Below, in pieces: positions 47,523 to 59,935 of a stretch of 64,000 bases of DNA (positions within the stretch are counted from its first letter, which is position 1; every line of letters starts with the position of its first letter). This stretch comes from Anaeramoeba ignava BMAN (taxonomy: Eukaryota; Protista; Anaeramoebae). The translations under genes and the position numbers were made by a program. The notes below the pieces were generated by a model. It had not been told where the DNA came from. It saw nothing but the letters and a program-made list of their open reading frames with translations, and did not search any database. The stretch is taken from positions 182,681 to 246,680 of the forward strand of contig JAPDFW010000096.1 of assembly GCA_028826165.1 (NCBI GenBank), read 5' to 3'.

Positions 47523-50500
47523 TTAATTTGAATCCGAGGAAAATGAATTTGATTTTGATTTATATTTTGGTTTTGATTTATATTTTGGTTTTGATTTTTG
47601 ATTTCGAGGAAAATGAAATCGAGATGGATTTTGATTTTGGTTTTGATTTGGAATTTGATTTGGACTAAAATGAAATCGAGATGGATTTTGATTTTGGTTT
47701 TGATTTTGGTTTTGATTTGGAGGAAAATGAAATCGAGATGGATTTTGTTTTTGGTTTTGATTTTGGGATTTGATTTCGAGGAAAATGAAATGGAGATGGA
47801 TTTTGATTTTGGTTTTGATTTGGACTAAAATGAAATCGAGATGGATTTTGATTTTGATATCGATTGGATTTAGTTTCAAAATTCATCAAAATTTTCTTTC
47901 CAAAATCTTGAATTTCTTTGTTTTTAGAAAAATTAATCATTGATTTTTGGATGAGTTCAATTCCATTTAATTCTTTCATTTCATTTTGATTTACTTTTTT
48001 ATTTTAAAATTAAAATTAATTGATTAATTAATTTAATTGAATTCAAATTTAAATTTAAATTTAATTAAATATTTACTTAGGTTTCTAAATAAAATACTCA
48101 CTAAAGCTTTACATCCATTTTCTTGAACATTCTCATTTGTTGAAAAATTATTCATTGATTTAATAATTGTTTCGATTCCTTTCTTTATTCTAATTTCATT
48201 TTGATTTTCTTTTTTTTATTTTTTTTGAATTTAAAAATTTAAAATCATTTATTAAATCAAATTAAATTAAATTATAATTTTGATTTAAATTTTTTTACCT
48301 TCACTAAAATAACATAAATTTGATAAAGCTTTAAATCCTTCTAATTGGATATCTTCATCATTTGAAAAATTAATCAATGATTTAATAATTGTTTCAATTC
48401 CTTTCTTTTCTCTAATTTCATTTTGAATTTCTTTTTTTTCAAGATTTAATTTGAATTTAATTTTGAATTTGATTTAATTTGAATTTAATTTTGATTTAAT
48501 TTTGATTTAATTTAATTTAATTTGATTTTGATTTTGATTTTGATTTTGATTTAATTTTAATTTTGAATTTAATTTTGATTTAATTTTGATTTAATTTAAT
48601 TTAATTTTGATTTGATTTGATTTGATTTAATTTGATTTTTGATTTAATTTTAATTTTGATTTGATTTAATTTTGATTTGAATTTGATTTTGAATTTTGAT
48701 TTTGATTTTGATTTTGATTTTAATTTTAATTTGATTTTGATTTTGATTTGAATTTATTTACCTTGATGTCTAAAAGTAAGATTCATTAAAATTCCATATC
48801 CTTTTAATTGAATAATTTTATTCTTTGGGAAATTATTCATTGATTTAATAATTGTTTTAATTCCTTTGTTTTCTTGAATTTCAGATTTCTTTCCTTTTTT
48901 TAATTTTTAAATTTTTAATTTTTGAATTTTGAATTTTTAATTTTTAATTTTTTAATTTTAAAATGCTACTTGGATCACTAAATGAAATATTTGATAATTC
49001 TTTAAATTGATTTTCTTGAATCTTTTCATTATCTATTGAATCATTCATTAATTTTAAAATCTTTTCAATTTCAGTTTGATTATCTTTTATAATTTTTTTA
49101 AAATTAAATTAAATTAAATTTAATATTGTTTATTAATTATTGGAATTTAAAATTATTTAAAGTTACTCTTTCTTTTAAATGGAGAATTAGATCTAGAATT
49201 AGATGGAGAACTATCAATTTGTTGAATATTCTCTTTATTTATGAAATTATTATTGAATTTTGAATTTTGAATTTTGAATTTTGAATTTTGAATTTTGAAT
49301 TTTGAAAATTTACTTTGATTATCTGATGAAATATTCTTTAAAAGCTTTGATCCATTTTGTTGAATTTCTTTGTTTTTTGAAAAATTAATCATTGATTTTT
49401 GGATGAGTTCAATTCCATTTAATTCTTTCATTTCATTTTGATTTACTTTTTTATTTTAAAATTAAAATTAATTGATTAATTAATTTAATTGAATTCAAAT
49501 TCAAATTCAAATTTAATTAAATATTTACTTAGGTTTCTAAATAAAATACTCACTAAAGCTTTAAATCCATTTTCTTGAACATTCTCATTTGTTGAAAAAT
49601 TATTCATTGATTTAATAATTGTTTCAATTCCTTTCTTTATTCTAATTTCATTTTGATTTTCTTTTTTTTTATTTTTTTTGGATTTAAAAATTTAAAATCA
49701 TTTATTAAATTAAATTAAATTAAATTATTGTTTTGATTTAAATTTTTTTACCTTCACTAAAATAACATAAATTTGATAAAGCTTTAAATCCTTCTAATTG
49801 GATATCTTCATCATTTGAAAAATTAATCAATGATTTAATAATTGTTTCAATTCCTTTCTTTTTTCTAATTTCATTTTGAATTTCTTTTTTTTCAAGATTT
49901 TGAATTTGAATTTAATTTGATTTTAATTTGATTTTAATTTTGAATTTGATTTGATTTGATTTTAATTTGATTTTGATTTAATTTTTTGATTTGATTTGAT
50001 TTTTGAATTTGATTTGATTTTTTGATTTTTGATTTTGATTTTTTGATTTGATTTTGATTTGATTTTGATTTGATTTTGATTTTTTGATTTGATTTTGATT
50101 TTGATTTTTTGATTTTTTGATTTTTAAATTTTTTGATTTTTGATTTTGAATAAATTTGGAATTTGATTTTTGTTTAATTTTTGATTTTTATTTTGATTTT
50201 TCCTTTTTGATTTTTAATTTTAATTTTGATTTGATTTAATTTTAATTTTGATTTGATTTTGATTTAATTTGATTTTGATTTGATTTTTTAATTTTTTTTT
50301 TGATTTGATCAATTTTTGATTTTGATTTTGATTTTTAATTTTTAATTTATTTTTTTTGATTTTATTTTTATTTATTTATTTTACCTTGAAAATTAAAAGT
50401 AAATTCATTAAAATTGGAATTTACATCCTTTTTAATTGAATAATTTCTATTCTTTTTGGGAAATTATTCATTGATTTAATAATTTTTAATTTTGTTTTCT

Positions 50501-53500
50501 TGAATTTCCTCAGATTTCTTTCCTTTTTAATTTTTTGAATTTTTAATTTTTTAATTTTTTAATTTTGAATTTTTGATTTTTAATTTTTTAATTTTAAAAT
50601 GCTACTTGGATCACTAAATGAAATATTTGATAATTCTTTAAATTGATTTTCTTGAATCTTTTCATTATCTATTGAATCATTCATTAATTTTAAAATCTTT
50701 TCAATTTCAGTTTGATTATCTTTTATAATTTTTTTAAAATTAAATTTAATTAAATTTAATATTGCTTATTAATTATTGGAATTTAAAATTATTTAAAGTT
50801 ACTCTTTCTTTTAAATGGAGAATTAGATCTAGAATTAGATGGAGAACTATCAATTTGTTGAATATTCTCTTTATTTATGAAATTATTATTGAATTTGAAT
50901 TTTGAATTTTGAATTTTGAATTTTGAATTTTGAATTTTGAATTTTGAATTTTGAAAATTTACTTTGATTATCTGATGAAATATTCTTTAAAAGTTTTGAT
51001 CCATTTTGTTGAATATTTTTATTATTTGAAAAATTAATCATTAATTTAATAATTATTTCATTTCCATTTGTTTTCGTGATTTCATTTTGATTTTCTTTTT
51101 TATTTTAAAATTAAAAATTAATGAATGAAAAAAATGAAAAAATGTAAAATTAATGATTTCGTTTTTTAGATTGAATTTACCTTGATTATTAGAAGAAATT
51201 TTTGATAAAGCTTTAAATCCATTTTCTTGAATATTTTCATTTGATGAAAAATTAATCATTGATTTAATAATTGTTTCAATTCCTTTCTTTATTCTAATTT
51301 CATTTTTATTATCTTTTTTTTTTGAAATTTTAATTATTTTAAATTGATTTTTTATTTTATTTGGAAATGTTACCTTGATTATTAGAAGAAATTTTTGATA
51401 AAGCTTTAAATCCTTCTAATTGGATATTTTCATTATTTGGAAAATTAATCAATGATTTAATAATTGTTTCAATTCCTTTCTTTTTTCTAATTTCATTTTT
51501 ATTATCTTTTTTTTTGAAATTTTAATTATTTTAAATTGATTTTTTATTTTATTTGGAAATGTTACCTTTGTTGTTATATGAAAGACTTGATAACGATTCA
51601 AATCCATTTTTTTGAATATTTTCATTATTTGGGAAATTAATCATTGATTTAATAATAATTTCAATTCCATTAAGATTTCTAATTTCATTTTTATTCTCTT
51701 TTTTTTTGGAATTTATTTTGAATTTGAATTTGATTTGAATTTTATTTTGATTTTGAATTTTATTTGGAATTTTACCTTTATTTTTATATGAAAGATTTGA
51801 TAAAGCTAAACATCCATTTTCTTGAATAATTTTATTATTTGGGAAATTAATCAATGATTTAATAATTGTTTCAATTCCTTTCTTTATTCTAATTTCATTT
51901 TGATTTTCTTTTTTTTAAGAAGAATTTGAATTTTTTTGATTTTGATTTTGAATTTGAATTTGAATTTGAATTTGAATTGATTTATTCATAATTTTACCTT
52001 TATTTTTATATGAAAGATTTGATAAAGCTAAACATCCATTTTCTTGAATAATTTTATTATTTGGGAAATTAATCAATGATTTAATAATTGTTTCAATTCC
52101 TTTCTTTATTCTAATTTCATTTTGATTTTCTTTTTTTTAAGAAGAATTTGATTTTGATTTTGAATTTGATTTTGATTTTAATTTTGAATTTGAATTTGAA
52201 TTTGAATTTAATTTGAATTTGAATTTGATTTTAATTTTGAATTTGAATTTGAATTTGATTTTGAATTTTGAATTTTGAATTTGATTTTTTTATCTTTTTA
52301 ATTTTGAATTTGATTTTGATTTTGAATTTGATTTGAATTTTGAATTTTGTTTTTTGAATTTGATTTTGATTTTGAATTTGAATTTGAATTTGATTTTTTG
52401 AATAATTTGATTTTAATTTTAATTTGAATTTGAATTTTCTTTTTGAATTTGATTTTGAATTTGAATTTGATTTTTGATTTTTAATTTTGAATTTGAATTT
52501 GGGAAATTTACCTTGATTATTTGTTGAAATACTATATAAAGCTAAACATCCTTTTTCTTGTATATTTTCATTATTTAGGAAATTAATCATTGATTTAATA
52601 ATTGTTTCAATTCCTTTAAGATTTCTAATTTCATTTTGATTTTCTATTTTTTTTAAGAAGAATTTAAATTTGAATTTAAATTTGAATTTGAATTTGAATT
52701 TAATTTTGAATTTGATTTTGATTTTGAATTTAATTTTGATTTTGATTTGAAATTTTGAATTTGAATTTTAATTTTGATTTTGATTTTGAATTTGATTTTG
52801 ATTTTGATTTTGATTTTGAATTTGAATTTAATTTTGAATTTGAATTTGGGAAATTTACCTTGATTATTTGTTGAAATACTATATAAAGCTAAACATCCAT
52901 AATTTTGAACATTTTGATGAGTTGAGAAATTAATCATTGATTTAATAATTGTTTCAATTCCTTTCTTTATTCTAATTTCATTTTGATTTTCTTTTTTTTA
53001 AAGATTTTGATTTTGATTTTGAATTTGAATTTGAATTTGATTTTAATTTTGATTTTAATTTGGGAAATTTACCTTGATTATTTGTTGAAATACTATATAA
53101 AGCTAAACATCCTTTTTCTTGAATATTTTCATGATTTAGGAAATTATTCATTGATTTAATAATTGTTTCAATTCCTTTAAGATTTCTAATTTCATTTTGA
53201 TTTTCTATTTTTTTTAAGAAGAATTTAAATTTGAATTTGAATTTTTGAATTTTGAATTTGAATTTGAATTTGATTTTGATTTTAATTTTGATTTTGATTT
53301 TGATTTTGATTTTGATTTTGAATTTGAATTTGAATTTGATTTTGATTTTGATTTTGAATTTTTTGATTTTGATTTTGAATTTGATTTTGATTTTGATTTT
53401 GATTTTAATTTTGATTTTGATTTTGATTTTGATTTTTTGAAATTTTGATTTTGATTTTGATTTGATTTTTGATTTTGATTTTTGAATTTTAATTTTTAAT

Positions 53501-55051
53501 TTGATTTTGATTGAAATTTTGGAATTTGAATTTTGATTTTTTTGATTTTCTTTTTAAAATTGATTTTGATTTTGAATTTTTTGAATTTGATTTGAATTTG
53601 ATTTTAATTTGAATTTTGAATTTGATTTTTAATTTTGAATTTGATTTTGATTTGAAATTTGATTTTGATTTTGAATTTGATTTTGAATTTTGAATTTGAT
53701 TTTAATTTCATTTTGATTTTTATTTTGATTTGAATTTTGATTTTAATTTTAAATTTTGAATTTTAATTTGAATTTGAATTTTGATTTTAAATTTGAATTT
53801 GAATTTGAATTTTGAATTTGAATTTGATTTTGAATTTGAATTTGATTTTGATTTTGATTTTGATTTTGATTTTTGATTTGATTTTTATTTTGATTTTAAT
53901 TTTGAATTTGAATTTGATTTGAATTTTGATTTTGATTTTGGTTTTGAATTTGATTTTGAATTTAATTTTGAATTTGAATTTGGGAAATTTACCTTGATTA
54001 TTTGTTGAAATACTATATAAAGCTAAACATCCATAATCTTGAATATTTTGATGAGTTGGGAAATTATTCATTGATTTAATAATTGTTTCAATTCCTTTAA
54101 GATTTCTAATTTCATTTTGATTTTCTTTTTTTTAAGAAGAATTTAAATTTGAATTTGAATTTGATTTTGATTTTGAATTTAATTTTGATTTTGAATTTGA
54201 ATTTAATTTTGATTTTGAATTTGAATTTGAATTTGATTTTGAATTTGATTTTGATTTTGATTTTAAATTTGAATTTGAATTTGAATTTGATTTTGATTTT
54301 GATTTTGAATTTGATTTTGAATTTTGAATTTAATTTTGATTTTGAATTTTGAATTTAATTTTGATTTTGAATTTTGAATTTAATTTTAATTTTGAATTTG
54401 ATTTTGAATTTGATTTATTTGGAAATGTTACCTTGATTATTAAATGAAATATTTGATAAAGCTTTAAATCCTTCTAATTGGATATCTTGATTATTTGGGA
54501 AATTAATCATTGATTTGATAATTGGTTTAATTCCTTTCTTTATTCTAATTTCATTTTTATTTTCTTTTTTTTAAGAAGAATTTGATTTTGAATTTGAATT
54601 TGATTTTTATTTTGAATTTGATAAATTTACCTTGATTATTAAAAGAAATATTCGATAAAATTAAACATCCTTTTTCTTGAATACTTATTGATTTTAGAAA
54701 ATTATTCATTAATTTGATAATTGTTTCAATTCCTTTAAGATTTCTAAATTCATTTTGGTTTTCTATTTTTTAAGAAGAATTTAAATTTGAATTTAAATTT
54801 AAATTTGAATTTGAATTTAAATTTAAAATTGATTTTGATAATACCTCTTTTATTTAAATCCATATTAATTAACTTTCTAAGATGTCGTTTTTGAACTCTT
54901 TTCTGAGATATTTGAGAATTCAATAAGTTAATTATCGTGGAAAAGTTCTTTGCTTCTATTTGAAAAAAGAGGAAAAAAAAATTATTTTAATTTTGAATTT
55001 TGCTTTATTTTGCTTTTTTTTTTATCATGATTTAAAAACTTTACTTTCCAT
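47523..55051 (-). CDS. Armadillo-repeat protein with about 22 repeats, each on its own phase-1 exon (mostly 132 nt); C-terminal NPSRFHF/NQ repeats; 3' end uncertain
   Basis: Exons 55051-55045 and 54955-54845, then 132-nt exons starting at 54762, 54563, 54124, 53204, 52990, 52643, 52129, 51907, 51697, 51505, 51312, 51094 and further ones down to 47993; consensus ENQNEIRxxKGIETIIKSMxNFxxxxxIQExGxxALxxIS. Confidence 0.88.
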
Positions 55052-55272
55052 TTTTTGTTTTGATTTCTTTTTATTAAAATTTGTGAAAGAAAAAAATGAA
55101 AAAATAAATCAGACAAAATAAAAATTAAAAAGAAAAAAAGTGGACAATTTTTAATTTCATTATTAATTGAAAAATAAAATTCTTTTCTTTTCTTAATTTA
55201 TTATTTTTTTTTTAAAAGGAAAAAACAAAAACAAAAACAAGAAAAACAAGAAAACAAGAAAACAAGAAAAAC

Positions 55273-57245
55273 CTAAACATGTTTGATAAAAGCTGGTGAA
55301 TTTTTTTTCACATCTAATTTTGAATCACTTGAGAAATCTTTTTTATTTCTAAAAAATTTCTTTTTCTGTTCAGTTAATAAAGAACGTGACTAAAAAATTA
55401 AAATTAAAATTAAATAAAAATTTAAAATTAAAATTAAAATAATTAATAATTACTTCTAATCTTTCTTGTTCTTCTTTATCTAAAGGAGCTAAAGGAAATA
55501 TTTTATTATCAAATTCACTTAATGCTCTTAATTCAAAATAATATTTTGCATAAACACTTGCTGTTACAAGAACATTATAATCAATTAAATTTAATAAAGT
55601 TTGTTCTAATTCATTTAAATCTTGTAAATCAATTCTTGGAAATAAACTTGTCCAATCAACATTTTATTGCAAAATCATTTAATTTTAAACTATTTTTAAT
55701 TTTAATTTTAATTTTAATTTTAATTTTAATTTTAATTTTGATTTGATTTTAATTTTAATTTTAATTTAATTTTATCAAATTTATTTAATTTTTAATTTAA
55801 TTTTAATTTTTTAATTTTAATTTTAATTTTAATTATAATTTTAATTTTAATATTAATTTTAATTTTATTTTAATTTTGATTTTAATTTTAATTTTAATTT
55901 TAATTTTAATTTTAATTTTAATTTTTAATTTTATTTTATTTTAATTTTAATTTTAATTTTAATTTTAATTTTAATTTTAATTTTAATATTAATTTTAAAT
56001 TTTACCTTTTGTTGCTAAAACTAAAGCAGAAATACAAACTCTTCTCCAATTCTTTGGATTAATTATTATTTTTGTATTTTGAATTAATCTCTCAATATAA
56101 ACAAGCATTATAACTAAAATTTCTGGACTTAACTATTTATATTTATTTAATTATTTATTTAATTATTAAATTTTATTTTGAAATTTTAAATAAATAAAAA
56201 ATAAAAAATTACATTTGCTCCTTTAAAAATAGCTGCAAAAAATCTTTGAATAAAATTTTCATTTGGAATATAAAAAGATTTTGGAGGATTTCTCTATTAA
56301 AATTAAAATTTAAATTAAAATTAAAATTAAAATAAAAATTAATTCAAAATTTAAATTAAAATAAATACAGAAATTGGATGAATTTCTTCATTAAAAATTA
56401 AAAATGGATCTTTTTCATTTTCTTTTTCTTTTTCATTTTTTATATAACAAAGAATTGCTTTTGATAAGCATTCAACAACTAAATAAATATCTGGTGATGT
56501 TAAAGTATTATCAACAAATAATGTACTTGTTGAATTTCTTCTGTTTTCTAATTTTTGTAGTTCATAATGTGGTTTATTTTGTGATTTCTTAAATAGTAAC
56601 TTTACGGTTTGTTTATGTCTATTTGATAACATTTCTATATTAATTTTAATTTTTAATTTTAATTTTAATTTTAATTTTAATTTTAATTTTAATTTTAATT
56701 TTAATTTTAATTTTATAAATGAATTTTAATTTTAATTATAATTTTAATTTTAAATTTAAATTTTAATTTTAATTTTTAATTTTATAAATGAATTTTAATT
56801 TTATAAATGAATTTTAATTTTAATTTTAATTTTGATTATAATTTTAATTTTAATTTTAATTTTAAATTTAATAAATGAATTTTAATTTTAATTTTAATTT
56901 TTAATTTTAATTTTATAAATGAATTTTTTAAATAATTTAAAAAGGAAAAAGGAAAAATTTTTATGATTTTATTTTTTTTTCAATTAAAATTATAAAAATA
57001 AAAAATTTACTTTTATTATCATCTTCATCTTCACTTTCAGAAAAAGTTAAAATAGGAAATTGAAAAGAATGTTTTTCTTGTTTTTTTGAATTAGAAAAAT
57101 TATCAACAATATCAATAAAAGTATGATCAACAACATGATCAACATGAAGATCATTGTCATCATCAGAACTAATAATAGTTTCAGTTTCTTCTTCATCAGA
57201 ATCACATAAAAATGTGTCTCTTAACGAATCTACACAAATACTCAT
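55273..57245 (-). CDS. CCNY: Cyclin Y-like protein, multi-exon, with several local sequence errors; stop position uncertain
   Basis: RRNSTSTLFVDNT..SP, IFNE.IHPIS, MLVYIERL, NWRR...SALVLATK, NVD, LNELEQ.LL, SVYAKYYFELR. Confidence 0.82.
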
Positions 57246-57563
57246 TTTTATAATTGTGATCAATTTTAAAAATTTTTCAACTTTTTTTTTTTTTTAAATT
57301 AAAAATTTTCAAATAAAATAAAATAAAATAAAATAACAAGACAAATAATAAAAGAAATAATGGAAAATGAAACAAAAAGAATAAAAATGAAAAATGATTT
57401 TTAATTTATTTTTATTTATTTTATTTTCCACGTATTTAATATTTTTGCTTTTTCTCCTTTTTAATTAAAAATTTATTTTTTTTTTTCTTCTTTTTTTTTT
57501 TCATTTTTTTTTCTTTTTAATTTAATTTTTTTCTAAAATAAAATAAATTTTTCAATAATAAAA

Positions 57564-59891
57564 ATGAATGAAAAGAAAAATCTGTTCTACTTTAAGCAAT
57601 AAACAACAAAAAGAATTGTAGAGAATAAATTAAAAATTTATTTATTCAAATAAGAAAATTAAAAAAAATAAAAATATAAAAATATAAAAAATATAAAAAA
57701 TAGATTTCTTTCAATATTTGGATATTTAGAAGAAAATAATTTTAAAGATGCTGCAAAAGAATTTGCAGTTGAAGCAAAAATTGAAAATGAAAAAAGCTTA
57801 AAAAAGGATTACTTGAAAGAAAATGGAATTCAATTATTCGATTACAAAGAAAAGTATAATGAAAATATTTAAATATTTATATTTATATTTTATATTTAGA
57901 TTTATATTTATTTTTAAAATCTTTATTTATATTTAAATATTTATATTTATATTTATATTTATATTTATTTTAGTATTTTATTTATATTTTATATTTATAT
58001 TTATTTTATATTTTATTTTATTTTTAAATATTTATTTATATTTATTTTTATATTTTATATTTTATATATTTATATTTAAATTTATTTTTTTATATTTATA
58101 TTTTAAATATTTATTTTTATTTTTATTTATATTTTATATTTATATTTTATATGTTTTATTTTTTTTTTCATTTTATATTTATATTTATTTTAAAATTTTA
58201 TGTTTATATTTATATTTTAAATATTTATTTTTATTTTTATATTTAATTTTAAAATATTTATATTTATATTTATTTAAATATTTATGTTTATATTTTTTTA
58301 AATATTTATATTTATTTTAAAATATTTATGGTTTATATTTATATTTATTTTAAATATTTATATTTATATTTATATTAAATATTTATATTTATATTTTATA
58401 TTTAAATATTTATATTTATTTATATTTATTTAATGTTTATATTTTATATTTTATATTTATATTTTTATGTTTATATTTATATTTTAAATGTTTTTATTTT
58501 TATATTTATATTTATTTTAAATATTTTATATTATTTATATTTATATTTTTATTTATATTTTATATTTATATTTATTTTAAATATTTATATTTTTAAATTT
58601 TAAATATATTATTTTATTTTAAATATTTATTTATTTATTTGTTTTTAAATATTTTATATTTATTTTATATTTATATTTATTTTTATTTTTAAATATTTAT
58701 TTTAAAATATTGAAAAGATTGTAGATTTAGAAAATCAAATTACAAGATTACAAGATGATTTAAGTCATACATCATTAGGACAAAAACAAGAAACAAAAAC
58801 AGATTTTTATACCTACATCACCAGCAAAAATAATATTAAAAGGACATAAATCACCTATAATGGCAGTTAAATATCATCCAGTATTTAGTTTAGTTGCTAC
58901 TGTCAGCGAAGATGCAACAACAAAAATATGGGACATTGAATCTGGAGAAATGATTGAATCTGTAAAAGGACACACAAATATTGTTCAAGACATTGATTGG
59001 AATGAAGATGGTAAATTTTTTAGTGACAAGTAGCGCTGACATGAGTGTCAAAGTCTATGATTCACAAAGAGATTGGAATTGTATAAAGACATTGACAGGC
59101 CATGAACACAATGTTTCTGGAGTTGCTTTTGTTCCTAAAAAACCACAAATTATTTCTTGTTCTCGTGATAATACTATTAAGTTATGGGATTTTTCTACTG
59201 GTCTTTGTTTGTTTACTTTTGAGGATCATGATGATTGGGTTAGAAGAGTTGCTGTTAATTCAGATGGAACAATATTTGCATCTTGTTCAAATGATAAAGT
59301 AGATTTTTTCTTTTTAAATTTTTTTGTTCCACTTTTTTTGACATTTTTTTTTATTATTTATTAGACAGCAAGAATTTGGGATTTAGCTTCAAATAAATGT
59401 ATTTCAGTTCTTTCTGGTCATGAAAATGTTGTTGAATGTTTAGCTTTTTCTCCTCAAACAACAAACGAATTTATTGAAATTAAACATGTAAAAATAATAA
59501 TAAAAATAATAATAAAAAAAATTTTTTGAATTAAAACGGATTAAAAATAAAAGGAAAAATTCACCTTTTATAAATAATCCTTTTTCTTGCTACTGGATCA
59601 AGAGATAAAAGTATTAGAATTTGGAATTTAGAAACAAAAGAATGTGTTCTTATTTTATCAGGTCATGAAAATTGGGTTCGTTCAATTGTTTTTCATCCTT
59701 GTGGAAAATTTTTAATAAGTGTTTCTGATGATCGTTCAATAAAAATATGGGATTTATCAAATTCGCGTTGTATTAGAACAATTAATGATGCTCATGATCA
59801 TTTTTGTTCAAGCTTTAGATATGAATAAAAACTTCCTCAAATTGCAACTGGTTCAGTTGATTGCCTTATTAAGATTTGGAATTGCAATTAA
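57564..59891 (+). CDS. PAFAH1B1: LIS1 (LisH, coiled coil, WD40 propeller), dynein regulator; introns at about 57618-57703, 57854-58717, 59299-59364 and 59488-59553; some homopolymer frameshifts
   Basis: [76 protein letters not shown]. Confidence 0.88.
57860..58710. repeat. Degenerate (TTTATA)n array in a LIS1 intron
   Basis: tttata/tttatatt units. Confidence 0.8.
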
Positions 59892-59935
59892 AAAAATTAA
59901 AAATAAAAAATTCAAAATAAAAAATTAAGAACTTT

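Noticed and set aside
50963-54762. Repeat-spacer appearance suggesting a CRISPR-like array
   Set aside because: The repeats are 132-nt coding exons with GT-AG boundaries and the spacers are microsatellite introns; no cas genes are present
55655-55689. TAA codons where cyclin Y normally has Trp, hinting at a non-standard genetic code
   Set aside because: The segment also has indels; TAA, TAG and TGA all terminate clean genes in this window and TGG encodes Trp elsewhere
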